From the NCBI RefSeq assembly GCF_963921235.1, contig NC_086108.1, positions 73,286,001 through 73,350,000 on the forward strand: 64,000 nt of DNA, read 5' to 3'. Source of the stretch: Mobula hypostoma (lineage: Eukaryota). This document shows, piece after piece, positions 38,640 to 52,815 of this stretch; within the stretch, counting starts at the first letter, position 1, and each line of letters begins with the position of its first letter. Under the pieces are notes generated by a model. That model saw nothing but the letters and a program-made list of their open reading frames with translations. It ran no database searches and was not told the DNA's origin. The position numbers and the translations under genes were made by a program.

Positions 38640-39005
38640 ATAGAAAAGTACTGCACAGAACCAGGTCTTTTGGCTCATCTAATCTGTGCCAGGCCATTTA
38701 AACTGCATACTCCCATTGACCTGTACCAGGACCAAAGCCTTCCATACCCCTATTATCCATGTACCTATCTAAACTTCTCTTAAATGTTGAAATCGAGCTT
38801 ACATGCACCACTTGTGCTGGCAGTTCATTCCACACTCTCATGACTCTCTGAGTGAAGAAGCCTCCCCTCATGTTCACCTTAGACTTTTCACCTTTCACCT
38901 TTAATGCGTGGCTTCCAGTTCTAGTCACCCAACCTCAGTGAAACAAGCCTGCTTGCACTTACTCTATTTATACCCCTCATAATTTTGTATACCCTATCAA
39001 TTTCC
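38640..39005 (-). mobile_element. CR1 LINE 3' end
   Basis: TRTGSHALKVKG..FFTQRVMRVWNELP. Confidence 0.85.
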
Positions 39006-39544
39006 CTCTTATTTTAATTTATAGTATTTTTAATGTATTGTATTGTATTGCAGCCAAAAAACAAAAAAAAAATTCATAGCATCTGTCAGTGATAATAAAC
39101 CTGATTCTGATTCTGAAAGAACTGTAAGAAATGGATGCTAGGAAATGGCATTATCATGAAAGGTATCACAGAAATACAAACTTCCTATACTTTGCTCTTT
39201 CTATCACAGCAGAGGCACAGGATATCACAGAGGATTATCACGTTTACGTAGAAGGGAAAGGCAAGGGAAGGGGAAAACAGAGGGACAGAGAAATGAAACA
39301 GACAGAAACCAATCTCTGTTAACTGTGAAGCTCCCCACTTAAGGGAAAAAGAACTGAACATGGACATGTAGATCAGGTGTAGAGGGAAAAGAAGAGCTGG
39401 GAAAATTATACAAAATATTCCAAGACTTAGTTTGAGCAGGCAGCTGTAAAAGTGACAGAGATTCAACTTGTCTGTGTGTGCGTTCTACAGAAAACTCCAT
39501 GAACTCAGAGTATGCTCACTTTGTCTTAGATTGGTGATTAGACT

Positions 39545-42500
39545 GTAAGACCACAAGACATAGGAGCAGAACTAGGCCATTGAGACTGTTCTGCCATTCC
39601 ATCACGGCTGATCTATTGTCCCTCTCAGCTCCATTCTCCTGCCATTTCCTTGTAACCATAATGCCCTAATCAAGAACATATTAACCTCTGCTTTATATAT
39701 ACTCAGTGACTTCACCTCCACAGCCATCTGTTACAATGAATTCCACAGGTTCACAACTCTCTGACTAAAGAAATTCCTCCTTATCTCTGCTTTAAATGGA
39801 TATCCCTATATTCTGAGGCTGTGCCCTCTGGTCCTAGACAAATCCATGAGAGGAATATCCTCTCCACATCCACTATCTAAGCTTTTCAACATTTGATAGG
39901 TTTCAATGATCTTCACTCGTTCTTTGAAACTCAGATGAGTGCAGGCCTAGAGCCATCAAACACTCCTCATATGTTAACCCTTTCATTCCCAAAATCATTC
40001 CCATGAGCCTCCTCTGGACCCTCTCCACTGGCATCTTTTCTTAGATAAGGGGCCCAATAAAGCCTTAGCATTAAATATTTGCTTTTATATTCTAATCCTC
40101 TTAAAACCAATGATAACATTGCATTTATCTTCCTCACCACCAGCTCAACTTGAAAGTTAAACTTTAGGGAATCCTGTACAAGGATATCAAGCCTCTGATT
40201 TTGGAATCTTCTCATCAATTAGAAAATAGTCTATGCCTTTATTCTTTCTACTAATGTGCTTGACCATACATTTTCCTATACTATATTCCATCTGCCACTT
40301 CTTTGCCCATTCTCCAATCTGTCTAAGTCCTCCTGCAGACTTCCTGCTTCCTCAACACTACTTGCCCCTCTACTTATCTTCGTATCATCTGTAAACTGGG
40401 CCACAGAGCCATCAATTCTGTCGTCCAAATCACTGAGAAATAATGGCAAAAGAGGCAGTCCCATACTGAGCCCTGCAAAACGCCACTAGTCACCAGCAGC
40501 CAATCAGAAAAGGCCACCTTTATTACCACTATTTGCCTGATGCCAGTTAGCCAATCTTCTATCCAGTAATATCTTTTCTGTAATACCAAGAGCTCTTATC
40601 CTGATGAGTGGCACCTTGTCGAAGGCCTTCGTAAAATCCAAGTCAACCGGTTCTCCTTTGTCTATCCTGCCTGTTATCTCCTCAAAGAATTCCAACAGTT
40701 ATGTCAGGCAAGATTTCCTTTTAAAGCTACCATACTGACTTTGGCCTACTTTATCAAGTATCTTCAAGTACCTCCAAAATTCATCCTTAATAATGGAATC
40801 CAACATCTTCCCAACCACTAAAGCTAGGCTATCTGGTCTATAATTCCCTTTTTCTGCCTTCCTCCCTTCTTGAAGCGTGGAGTGACATTTGCAATTTTAC
40901 AGTCCTCCAGAAGGGTTCCAGAATCCAGTGACTCATGAAAAATCAGTACGAAGGCCTTAACAATCTCTTCAACTACCGCTTTCATAACTCTTGGGTGTAG
41001 TCCATCTGGTCCAGGTGATTTATCTATTTTCAGATCTTTCAGCTTCCCAAGCACTTAATAATAGCAACTACACACACTTCTGCCCCTGACAATCTTGAAT
41101 TTCTGGCATACTGCTAGCGAAGACCAATGCAAAATACCTACTAAGTTTATCTGACATTTCTTTGTCCTCCATTACTATTTCTCCACCATTATTTTCCAGC
41201 AGTCCAATATGAAATCTCATCATTCGTTTACTCTTTATATATCTGAAAAAATTTTGATATCCTCTTTTATATTATTGGCTAGCTTACCTTCATACTTCAT
41301 CTTTTCTCTCATTATTGCCTTCTTCAGTTGGTTTTTAAAAGCTTACCGATCCTCTAACTTCTGACTAATTTTTGCTATATTTTATGCCCTCTCTTTTACT
41401 TTTATGTTGTCTCTGACTTCCCTTATCAGCCACAATTTTGTCATCTACTCTTTAAAATACTTCATCCTTGAACTGAATCTATCCTGCACTTTCCAAATTT
41501 CCCTACAGAAACTCCAGCCACTGCCGTTCTGCCATCATCCCTGCTAGTGTCCCCTTCCAATCACACTTTGGCCAGCTCTTTGCTCATGCCTCTGTAATTA
41601 CCTTTACTCCACTGTAAGACTGATACATCTGGTTTTAGCTTCTCCTTCTCAATCTGCAGGGTGAATTCTATCATATTATAATAACTAAGTCTCCTAAGAT
41701 TTCCTTTACCTTAAGCTCCCGAATCAAATTTGGGATATTACACAACACCTAATCAAGAAATGCCTTTCTCTTCATGGTCTCAACCACTAGATGCTCTAAA
41801 AAGCCTACTCATAGGCATTCTACAAATTCCATTTTGAGTTTCTCAAAATTTCAACCTCGTTTTCCCAATCTAGCTGCATGTTAAAATTCTATGTCACCTC
41901 TTTCGAAAGATTTGATTTCAGTTTTACCAACAGAGCCACCCCATCCACTCTGCATATCTGGCTGTCCTTCTGCCATAATGTGCATTGTGAGATTTTAAGC
42001 TCCCAATTATGATCTTCCAGCCACAAACTAGTAATGCCCATAATGTCATACTTGCCAATCTCTAACTGCACTACAAGATCATCTATCTTATTCTGTATAC
42101 TGTGTGCATTCAAATATAACAGCTTCAGTGCTGTATTCATCACCCTTTTTGATTTTGCCCCCAGGTTACACTTCAACTCATCCCACTGACTGCAATTTTT
42201 CACTACCATCTGGCTGTCCTTCCTCACAGTCTCACTACACAATGCATCGACATTTACCAACAGCCCCATCCTCAGCCCCAACATTTTGGTTCCCATTCCC
42301 CTGCCAAATTAGTTTAAACCCTCTTCAACAGCTCTAGCAAAGCTGGCAGCAAGTATATTGGTCCCCTCTGAGACATCCTGGGCCCTAGAACCTGGGAGGC
42401 AACACACTATCTTGAAGTCTCTTTTGTAGCCACAGGATTCCCCCTATCAGGTCTCCTATCACTATTGCGGTGCCTGACTTTACCCTTCCCCGCTGAGCCT

Positions 42501-42900
42501 CAGAGCTGGCCACAGTGCTATTGGCCTGGCTACTGCTGCTGTGCCCTGATAGGTCATTCTGTGCCGCCCCCCCCCCCCATACTTGTTGCTAGGAGAATTA
42601 CCACAGACTACTGACAACTTATTCCCTTACTTTTCCTGATGCTCACCTATCAACTCTCCGAAGCCTGCACACTGCATGTGACCACCTCAGTAAAAGGCCA
42701 TCTATGAGGTTTTCAGTCTCCTGGATGATCCTGAGAAAATCCAGCTCCAACTCCAGTTTCCTGAACTCGTCAGTCAGGAGCTGCAGTTGAATGTACTTCC
42801 CACAGATGTAGAAATCAGGGAGATCATTAGGTACCCCGAAATCCCACATCTCACAAGAGGAGCATTCCATTTGCCTATACCTGTTATACCTGTAACTTCT
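39545..42900 (-). mobile_element. Near full-length decayed CR1 LINE
   Basis: ORF1 MECSSCEMWD..CGKYIQLQLL; APE LYLNAHSIQNKIDDL; KSPGPDGLHPRV; DFTKAFDKVP; FTDDTKI; 3' tail. Confidence 0.92.
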
Positions 42901-42944
42901 CAAGCTTAAATTCTAGCCTGCACCTGTGCTTGCAATTATAGAGG

Positions 42945-43232
42945 CCTTAGTCTTAGAATTAGAGGGTACCCAGTTAAAACAGAGATGAGGAGAATTTTTT
43001 TTAGCCAGAGGGTCGTGGATCTATGGAATTTGTTGCCGCATACAGCTGTGGAGGCCCAATCATTGAGGGTGTTTAAGGAGGAGATTGATAGGCATCTAAT
43101 AGTCAGGGTATCAAGGGATATGGGGAAAAAGCCAGAAATTGGAACTAGATGGGAGAATAGTTTAGCTCATGGGGGAGTGGCGGAGCAGACTCGATGGGCG
43201 AAATGGCCTACTTCTGCTCCTTTGTCTTGTGA
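42945..43232 (+). mobile_element. CR1 LINE 3' end
   Basis: RRIFFSQRVVDLWNLLP and the CR1 3' UTR. Confidence 0.85.
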
Positions 43233-45239
43233 TAAACTGCACTAGAAATTATAACGATAAAGCACATATGATTCTGCACAACAATAAACATAATCTCTGA
43301 TCACCTCTTTAAATCTCTCTGAAATTTACTTCAGAATATCTGAAAAATTTGCGTAAGAGATACAGTTGGCACAGATCCCATGGCCTAAAGGCCTCCCTCT
43401 CCTTCTCCCTCTCCCCCCTCCACTCTCAATTTATAACTGTTTAGGAAGGTAGTGTGCAGTTCTCAGAAAAGCTCCACTCACAAATGACAGGAAGTTGATA
43501 TCAACAAGTTACCTCTGAGAGCAATTCCAGAAAATAGTGAGCCATTCCAGGAGAACCTACCATTAACTTCCATTTCTTCCGTACATTCAGCAGCTGGAAT
43601 TCACTGAGTAAAGTATAATTCTATCATGTGTAAGTATTAGAATTACCAGTTTTATTCTGACAGTGCTTATCTACTCACATTTTGTATATATTCATTCGAT
43701 AACTATGGTATAGATGGTTAACGCTTTCGTACTCATTATCTCTTAAATATAATTACTAATATCATATCCAACTTCACCTTCATCTCAAAAGAAGCCAAGC
43801 CACAGTAAAAATTGAGAGCATGCACAGAAGAAGCACTTTTGGTTTGCATCATATAAAAAGGAAGAGCAAATCCTAGAGAGAGAGCTCATCATTGTGGACT
43901 GGACATGTTAAAGTGGGAATATTGATCTCCACTCAAGGTTTCATTGTTGCCTTCTCTTAATATTCTTTTCTTATCCTTCTCTCTCATTTAAACACTGGCA
44001 AGTTAAGATATACAGAAGTACTTAATCATCCTTGTGCAAGTTATATGTGAAGGTCACTCAGACAGTCATTATGAATGGCCATTCAATCCCTCAAGGATAT
44101 CCTTTGATAGACTGATGTAACAAAAATCTATGAGATTCAGTCCTGAAAATTTCAATTGATCCTTTGGGGAAAGAGTTCCGCTTCTTCAATACCTTACGGA
44201 TGAAAAACTGCTTTTACTTTCACTTCTAAATAACAAATAACCTGGTTCTAATTTTAAGATTACACCTCTTTATACTAGATTACACTATTGGTGGAATTTT
44301 TTTTTCTTGCATTTACTCCATCATTCATTCTGGACATTTCAGTTAGATCACCCTGAATCTTCTGGACATCAAGAGAGTATAAGATCTCATAACGTAATTC
44401 TTCAAAATTCCATAAGGAATCTGGTCCTTTCCTGTTCTTTAGCTTGTTCCAGCAATAGTTGAGCCAAGATCACTACATACTCTCCTGTCTATGGAACAAC
44501 TTTGTGTCCATTTATTGGCTCACTAATATGATATTCACCCTTTCAAGATTTTACTGATCTTATTAACTTTGGCATAGCTCCTATAACAATTTCCAATCTA
44601 AGAAATGCTTCAAGTTTTCCTTGTGATTGTGTATTTTTATTCCAGTTGAAAAAGAGGGATTACCTTTAAGGTTGCTCAAAGAATCTTATGTTTCAGATCG
44701 GACATGTTGCCATTTTCTTTCAGAACCACAGGTAACAAAAAATCTGTCAGTTTTCCTTTCACTCTTCCCCACTTAATAAGCTGAGGCATGGGTTTAGTTC
44801 ATTAGATTTCATGGTTGAGTAAGGTTGAGATAACTATAAGATTTTTACAGTTGTGTGATTGGAAGACCAACCTCTGTCCATGAAACCATACTTCAGTGGT
44901 GTGATATTCCTTAAAAAAAAACTAGAAGATTGGGAGACTTTCAACTATATTCAAGGCACACAGTCCTAAATAAGTTAAATTCAACCCAGTTCCCAAGATG
45001 TGAAACCATTGCTGTGGTGATCAAAATATACAGTATAATGGCAGTCAAGTTGTGAAACCCAGCAGATGCAAACCTGACACCAATGTAGTTTTATGAAGTA
45101 TTTACTGTATATTTTCAGAACATAGGACATAAGAAACAAGAGCAGGTATAGGTCACCTGGCCCCTTGAGCCTGAACCACCATTCAATAAACACAAAAGTT
45201 TCCACAGATGCTGGAAATCTTAAGGAACACATACACCAG

Positions 45240-45780
45240 GTTGTATTATGGCCTAGTATAAAGACACCAGTGTCCAGGAATGGAAACAGCCAAATTCATC
45301 ACAGGCAATGCCCTCCCCATTATTGAGCACATTTACAGAGAGCGCTGCCACAAGAAAGTAGCATCCAGCATCAAAGACCCCCATCATCCAGGACATGCTC
45401 TCTTCACTACTGCCATTGGGCAGGAGATACAGGAGCCTTAGGTACCACATCTCCGGGTTCAGGAATTACAACTTCAGGCTCCTGAACCTGCGTGGATAAC
45501 TTCATTCACCTCAACACTAAACTGACTCCACAACCTGTAGACTGACCTTCAAGGACTCTATGACTCATGTTCAATTGTTACTTTCTCACTTTTTTATTAT
45601 TTGTAAGATTCATCTTCTTTGGCTGACTGGTTGTTTGCCAATCTTTGTTGTTTATGTATAGTGAATGTATAACTTTTATTGTATTTCTTAATTTTCCTGT
45701 AAATGTTTGCAAGAAAACTAATCTCAAGGTAGTATCTGGTGACATACAGCTTCTTTGATAATAAATTTACCTTGACTTTG
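45240..45780 (+). mobile_element. Rex1/Babar-type LINE 3' end
   Basis: ASSIKDPHHPGHALFTTA/LLPLGRRYRS-like segment and ATAATAAATTTAC..TGAC tail. Confidence 0.8.
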
Positions 45781-46458
45781 AAATGCTGTAGGAACGCAGT
45801 GTCATTGGAGGGGAATAAACAGTCACCCTTTCAGGCCGAGACACTTTATCATGATGGTATAATGGATGATCCAACAGGGGCTCAGCATATCTTTCCCATT
45901 CCCTCCTTACGCCTCTTGACTACCACAGCGTTTTAAATGTCTTTCAGCTTCCATCTTGGATATCTTCAAAGATTCAGCCTCTGCATTTCTGAGGAAGGTG
46001 ATGTATCACCTCACTATCTTTTACATGAAAAACATACCATTAATATCCTCATAGTTCAACATCATGTGCTCATCATTACCACCATAACAAAGTCATTGTT
46101 TATAACCTTGCAGTCACCCCTTGTGCAAGCTTGAACTGTGGCTAGTGGAGATCTCTCCCTGTTTACAACAGCATTTTGTTCTTGAGGACTGCTTATAACT
46201 CAAGCAAGTCAGGAACGTGGCTGCCTGATAAATAAAATCTCAGTGCCAACTTTCATCAAAGTTGCTGGTGAACGCAGCAGGCCACGCCGCATCTATAGGA
46301 AGAGGTATAGTTGACGTTTCGGGCCGAGACCCTTCGTCTGGACTAACTGAAAGAAGAGATAGTAAGAAATTTGAAAGTGGGAGAGGGAGGGGGAGATCTG
46401 AAATGATAGGAGAAGACAGGAGGGGGAGGGATGGAGCCAAGAGATGACTCTTGTTGAC

Positions 46459-47012
46459 AGTGCCAACTTTATTAGGTATCTCCTGTACTAAATGAAATGG
46501 CCACTGAGTGTATGTTTGTGGTTTTCTGCTACTGTAGCCCATCTATTTCAAGGTTTGATGTGTTGTGCAGTCTGCGATGCTCTTCTGCACACCGCTGTTG
46601 TAATGCATGGTTACTGTCGCCTTCCTGTCAGCTTGAACAAGTCCAGCCATTCTCCTCTGAACTCTCTCATTAACAAGGCATTTTTTCCCCACAGAACTAT
46701 CACTCACTCGATTTCCTTTTTTGTTTTTCGCTTCTTTCTTTGCAAACTCTAGAAACCTGTGTGTGAAAATTCCAGAAGATCAGCCGTTTCTGAGATACTC
46801 AAACCACCCCATCTGGCACCAACAAACATTCCACTTTCTAAGTAACTTAGATCACATTTCTTCTCCATTCTGACATTTGGTCTGAACAACTGAACCTCTT
46901 GACCATGTCTGCATACTTCTATGCATTGAGTTACTGCCACATGATTGGCTGATTAGATATACAGTATGCATTAATGAGCAGGGGTAAAGGTGTACTTAAT
47001 AATGTGGCAACT
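46459..47012. mobile_element. Tc1/mariner-type non-autonomous element(s)
   Basis: TIR-like CAGTGCCAACTTTATTAGGTA ... TACTTAATAATGTGGCAACTG. Minus-strand remnant KKCDLSYLESGMFVGARWGGLSISETADLLEFS resembles the Tc1 N-terminal HTH. Confidence 0.75.
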
Positions 47013-47784
47013 GTATGTATTTAAATACAAACATAGGCCAAACAGGAGTAATGTGTTGTTAAACCAGGGCACCGAGCTCAACGTTTCTGATTTCTCTGCA
47101 AGGCGCAATAATATTGCTATGAACCAAGTTCCCATACAGTAGACGGTGCCTGCAGCCCCACAGCAGTTGGCAACCCAACATGCTTGTCTCCCAAACATTC
47201 ATTCATATGGATATACAGGACCTAACTTGGGTGTTCAAAACCAGGGGAGGATCTATACATTTTATTTTAATTTTAATTTTGACAGAGACCTGCAGGCAAT
47301 GATAGATTACATATAAGATTTCCAGGGAAGATTCCTTGAGCGTGATAATGGTATCCTGGGGCTGAGAGCACTCTAATTCAGCCTAAGTTCACTACTTTCA
47401 GAGTGATGCACCCTTGTTTCATGTGAGTTAATTCTGATCATGGGTTGTGACTGTTTGATCCAAATCCTGCCATTGAGCCATAAAAGTAAGATGAGCACAA
47501 TGATGTTATCATATGCAGGAAACATATAATCAACTGAATTGTAACATGTGATTGGAAGTGCTGGGATTTTTTTTCTGATGGGTGTTATTTCCATCAAAGT
47601 GGATGCAAACAGTTCCAAATAGGCATTTTTTGTTTTTTTGTTATGTTATGGTTTAACATGAAAATAGGCAAAAAATGGGCCCCCAATTCGATGCAATATT
47701 GTATCAACTAGATATGCTATGTCATAAGATGGTTAACCTAACCTTACCTGTAATACATTAGTCTAAGATTTCAGTCTTTCTTAC

Positions 47785-48685
47785 ATTGGTGCTGAGGTCA
47801 AGAGGGTTGAAAGCTTCAAGTTCATAGGAGTGAACATTACCAGTGGCCAGTCCTGATTAAAAAAAAATAGATGCTACAGCCAAGAAAGCTTACCAGTACT
47901 GCTTAAGCACAAGAGATTGTGCAGAAATGGAAATCCAGGGTAACACACACAAAATGCTGGGGGATTAGAGCTGGTCATTCAGCATCTATATAGAAGAATC
48001 AAGTGTCAAAGTTTTTTTCCTTCGTCAGGACCTGATAAAGGATCTCTGACCAAAACATCAACCCCTTATTCCTCTCCATAGATGCCGCCTGACCTCTTGA
48101 GTTTCACCAGCGCTTCTACTTCCTCAAAAGGCTAAGGAAATTTGTGATGTCCCCTTTGACCCACACAAGTTTTTATCAATGCACCACAGAAAGCATTTTG
48201 TCTGGATGCCTAAGAGCTTGCGATGGTAATTGCTTTGCAAGAAACTGCAGAGAATTGTGCACAGTTCAGCACCTCACAGAAACCATCCTCCCCTCTATAT
48301 TTCTCACTGCCTCAGTAAAGCAGCCAGCATAATCAAAGATACCACCCACCCCAGACATTCCCTCTTCTCCCTCCTCCCATTGGGCAGAATATACAAAAGC
48401 CTGAAAGCACGTACTACCAGACTCGAGGACAGCTTCTGCCCTGCTTTTATACTATTGAATGATCCACTAGTAAGATAAGATGGACTCTTGACTTCACAAT
48501 CATTGTTACGGCTTTGCATCTTATTGCCTACTTGTACCACACTCTCTCTGTAGCTGCCACACTTTATTCTGCATTCTGTTACTGTTTTCTCTTTTACTAC
48601 GTCAATGCACTTTGTAAAACAATATGCATGGATGGCATACAAAACAGAAGTTTTTCTTGGTATAAGTGACAATAATAAACCAATT
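47785..48685 (+). mobile_element. Rex1/Babar-type LINE 3' part with a nested Penelope pLTR
   Basis: FYQCTTESILSGC..KAASIIKDTTHPRHSLFSLLPLGRIYKS. pLTR at about 47905-48110. Confidence 0.8.
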
Positions 48686-48729
48686 TATCAATTAACCTAT
48701 CATATTGTGATCTGAATTAAAATTAATTG

Positions 48730-49240
48730 ATTTGAATTTATTTAAATCTTCCGTCCATCCCACAACACGAGGGAGTAAAAACCCTTGTGTTATGACTCCT
48801 TTGCAATGGACAGACATGCAAATTAATAAGTCTAATGGCTTGTAGAAAGAAGCTGTCCCACAGCCTGCTGGTGCTGGCTTTAAAGCTGTGGTATCATTTG
48901 CCAGACAGAAGCAACTGAAACAGTTTCTGGCTGGGGTGGCTGGTGTTCCCAGTGATCTTTCAGGCCTTCTTTACACACCTGCTGCTGTAAATGTCCTCAG
49001 TGGAGGGAAGTTCACATCCACAGATGCGCTGGGCTGTCGGTACCCCTCTCTGCAGTGCTCAGTGATCAAAGTTGATGCAATTCCCGTTCCAGCCAGTGAT
49101 ACAGCCAGTCAGGTTGCTCTCAATGGTGCCCCTGTAGAAGGTCTTGAGGACTTGGGGACTCATACTGAACTTCTTCAGCTGCTTGAGGTGAAAGAGACAC
49201 TGTTGTGCTTTTTTTTGCCGCACAGCCAGTGTGTATGGTG
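48730..49240 (-). mobile_element. Rex1/Babar-type LINE 3' fragment
   Basis: AKKAQQCLFHLKQLKKFSMSPQVLKTFYRGTIESNLTGCITGW-like frame on the minus strand. Confidence 0.75.
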
Positions 49241-49420
49241 TGTAAATGCTTATTATACATCAAATCATAGTTAATATTTAACAGTCTTGTGTTCTTGGTG
49301 AAAAAATAATTAGACTTATTTGCAAACAACAGGAATTCTGCAGATGCTGGAAATTCAAGCAACACACATCAAAGTTGCTGGTGAACGCAGCAGGCCAGGC
49401 AGCATCTCTAGGAAGAGGTG

Positions 49421-49457
49421 CAGTCGACGTTTCAGGCCGAGACCCTTCATCAGGACT
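49421..49457 (-). ncRNA. Minimal type I hammerhead ribozyme motif in a Penelope pLTR
   Basis: Minus strand reads AGTC-CTGATGA-AGG GTCTCGG CCT-GAAAC-GTC-GACT, giving the catalytic core, stem II, palindromic stem III and stem I. Confidence 0.8.
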
Positions 49458-49874
49458 TATTTGCCCTGGTTTATTTTGTGAAGGACCTTCTGGGAACAAA
49501 GAGTTGAGATTTCATTGGTTGGGTTCAACAATAAATGATGTAGCAGCGTGTTAACTCGCCTTTCAGGCTAATCTCCACTTTAAGGCCATCTCATCAAATG
49601 GCAAAAAGCTATTGACATTTTTAAATGATAGCTGTGTGACAGCTTTATCACCTTTCACAGATGTCTGTTCCACAGTGTATCTTTATTAATTAATTCTTTA
49701 TGAACAATGTGGCATATGTATTGCTATATGTAAAGTACAGCAAATGTATCGTTGAACTCTGAAATACAGTGCACATACTGACACATTCAATGAGCAAAGT
49801 AAAAGATTCAAAGTATCACACATCAAAGTTGCTGGTGAACGCAGCAGGCCAGGCAGCATCTCTAGGAAGAGGTA

Positions 49875-49911
49875 CAGTTGACGTTTCAGGCCGAGACCCT
49901 TCGTCAGAACT
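49875..49911 (-). ncRNA. Minimal type I hammerhead ribozyme motif in a Penelope pLTR
   Basis: Minus strand reads AGTT-CTGACGA-AGGGTCTCGGCCT-GAAACGTC-AACT. Confidence 0.78.
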
Positions 49912-50254
49912 CCTGTTGTTTGCAGATTCAAAGTATACTTGTTCTCAAAATATGCATGCAGTGTACAAGCCTGAGATTCATCTTGCTACTGACAGCCATG
50001 AAACAAAGAAACAACATGGAACCTGTTCAAAGTTACATGAGCTGCATTTGAAATGTAATACAGGTGTAATTCCTTGTTAAATCCAGTACATAAATCACAC
50101 CTCAGATTCAGATATAGATAATAAACACTTACAGTGTCTTAAGCTATAACTTATGGAATGCATTGCAGATGTAAATAACGCAATAGCCACTCAGATCTGT
50201 AATGCATACATAGTGTAAGTGTTTAACAATATACACTTTGTTTAATAAGGACCT

Positions 50255-50942
50255 GTCCAGGACCTATCATATAAATGTAATTGCAAAGAAAGCACAGCAG
50301 CACCTCAACTTCCTTAGGAGTCTGCAGAGATTTGGCATGACATCAAAACTTTGAAAAATGTTTATAGATGTGTAGTGGAAAGTGTATTGACTGACTGCAC
50401 TATCGCCTGGTATTGGAACACCAATGTCTTTGAACAGAGAAGCCTATAAGAAGGTAGTGGATTCAGCCCAGTACATCATGGGTAAAGACCTCCCAAACAT
50501 TGAGCCCATCTACATGAAACACTGTTATAGGAAAGCAGAAACCATTATTGAAGATCCTCACCACCCAGGCAATGCTCTTTTCCTGCTGCTGCCACCAGGT
50601 AGAAGATATGAGAGCCTCAAGACTCACCCCACCAGGTTCAGGAACAGTTACTAGTCCTCAGCAATCAGGCTCTTGAACAAAAGAAGATAACTACACTCAT
50701 CAAGTGAGCTGTTCCCACAAACATTGGTCTCACTTTATCTTGTGATTTCATGCTCTCGTTATGTATTGTTATTTTTTTTATATTTGTACAGTTTATTGTC
50801 TTCCATGCTCTACTTGTTCTTTCACTGATCCTGTTTATAGTTAATATTCTATAAATTTGCTGAGTATTCCTGCAGGAAAAAGAATCTCAGGGTTGTATGT
50901 GGTGACATATATGTACTCTGATAATAAATTTCACTTTGACTT
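50255..50942 (+). mobile_element. Rex1/Babar-type LINE 3' end
   Basis: KVVDSAQYIMG..EDPHHPGNALFLLLPPGRRYESLKTHPTRFRNSY. Confidence 0.85.
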
Positions 50943-51574
50943 TGTTATTGTTCCTTCTGAATATTTTTGCGAGTAATAATTTCAGTACTTTTATTTGTTA
51001 ATGATTCTATTTATGTTATCAATGACTAAAAGGCACTAATTTAATAATTGCACCTTTGGAAGTGAAGTACTTTGCAGAAAGTTATGGACCCAAGTGTCTT
51101 TGTTTCATTTCCGTCTCTGCTGTATTGATTACTTTACCTGGGATAGGGATGGAAATTTTCCAAAGAACTTAAAAGACAGAAAGGAACAACCAATGTTTCC
51201 ACTCCTGCATGAGGATCAATGATCTCTACTGGACTCGATTGCTCATGTTGACTCTGAAAGAGCAGTATTGACTGCAATGCTTCCACAGTACAATAGGTTA
51301 TTGACTGTTACTGCGGACATTCGTACATGAAAACAGACCAACTGCATCAAAAAATTATAAAGTTAGCAGGCATGATCAAAACCATAGTCAAGAACAGTGA
51401 GATCTAGGTAACCTTCTGCATGAGGCAAAAAAAAAGGTAGATAAAACAAATATTTGGAAGGCTAATTAAATATATTCCAGAGGGATTAGGTACATAGCAG
51501 GCAAGTTTTGCTATAATTGCACCGGTCCTTGGTGAGTGTGAATGTGAAATGCTACACACAGATTTTCTGTCCAC

Positions 51575-52815
51575 ATCTTGTTGCAATTCTTTGAGGAAAT
51601 ACCAGGCAAGAGAGTCAAAGGAGTCAGTGAATACTGCTTACGGAGATCTTCAGAAGACTTTCAACAAGGTGCCGCACATGATGCTGCTAATTAATATAAA
51701 AGCCTCTAGTATTACAGGAAAGATACTAGCATGGATGGAAGATTGGGTGACTGGCAGGAGGCAAAGAATAGGAATACAGGGGGGCTTTCTGGTTGGCTGC
51801 CAGTGACTAGTGATGTTTGCAGGAGTTGGTTTTGGGACCACTTTTTTTCTCATTATACAGTATGTCAATGATTTGATGGATATGTGGTCAAGTTTGTGGG
51901 TGATACAAAGATAGGTGGAGGGGCAGGTAGTCTTGAGGGAGCAGGGAGACTGCAGAAGGACTTAGGCAGATTAGGAGAATGGGTAATTAAGTGTCAGATG
52001 GAATATGGTGTAGGGATGTTGTATGTTCATGCACTTTGGCAGAAGGAATGAAGACATAGACTATTTTTTAAAGCGGGGGAAAATCCAGAAACCAGAGGAC
52101 CAAAAGAACTTGGGAGTCTTTGTGCAGGTTAAATTGCAGGTTGAGTCAGTCAATGGTGAGGAAGGCAAATGCAATGTTGGCATTCATTTCAAGAGAAGTA
52201 GAATATAAAAGCAAGGATATAATGCCAAGGCTTTATAAGGCATTGGTCAGATTATACTACATGTATTGTGAGCAATTTTGGGCCCTTTATGGATGTGCTG
52301 GCATCAGCAAGGGTCCAGAGGAGGCTCACAAGAGTAATCTCACAAGAAGAATGAAAGGGTTAGTGAATGAGAAGCGTTTGATGGTACTGGGCCTGTACGC
52401 CCTGGAGTTTAGAAGAATGAGGGAAGATCTCATTGAAATCTACTGAATATTGAAATGCCTAGATAGAGTGGACAGGGACAGGATATTTTCTATAGTGGGG
52501 TGTCTAGGAACAGAGGGTATTGCCTCCGAAGAGAAGGATATCCCTTTAGAACAGAGATGAAGAGGAATTTCTTTAGCCAGATTGTGGTGAATCTGTGGAA
52601 TTCATTGCCACAGACAGCCATGGAGGCCTAGTCATTGGATATATTTATAGCAGAGGCTGATAGGTTCTTGATTAGTAAGGGTGTCAAAGGATACAGGGAG
52701 AAGGCAGGAGAATGGAGTTGGCAGGGATAATAAATCAGCCATGATCGAATGGCAGGACAGAATCAACAGCCTAATTCTGCTCCCGTGTCTTATGGTCTTA
52801 TGGTCTATGGTCTTA
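51575..52815 (+). mobile_element. CR1 LINE RT and 3' end
   Basis: DLQKTFNKVPH, VRKANAMLAFISR, EFRRMREDLIEIY and a (TATGGTC)n tail. Confidence 0.9.

Noticed and set aside
23308..49911. Recurring near-identical repeats as a CRISPR-like array
   Set aside because: Dispersed, irregularly spaced Penelope pLTR fragments in eukaryotic DNA, with no repeat-spacer periodicity.
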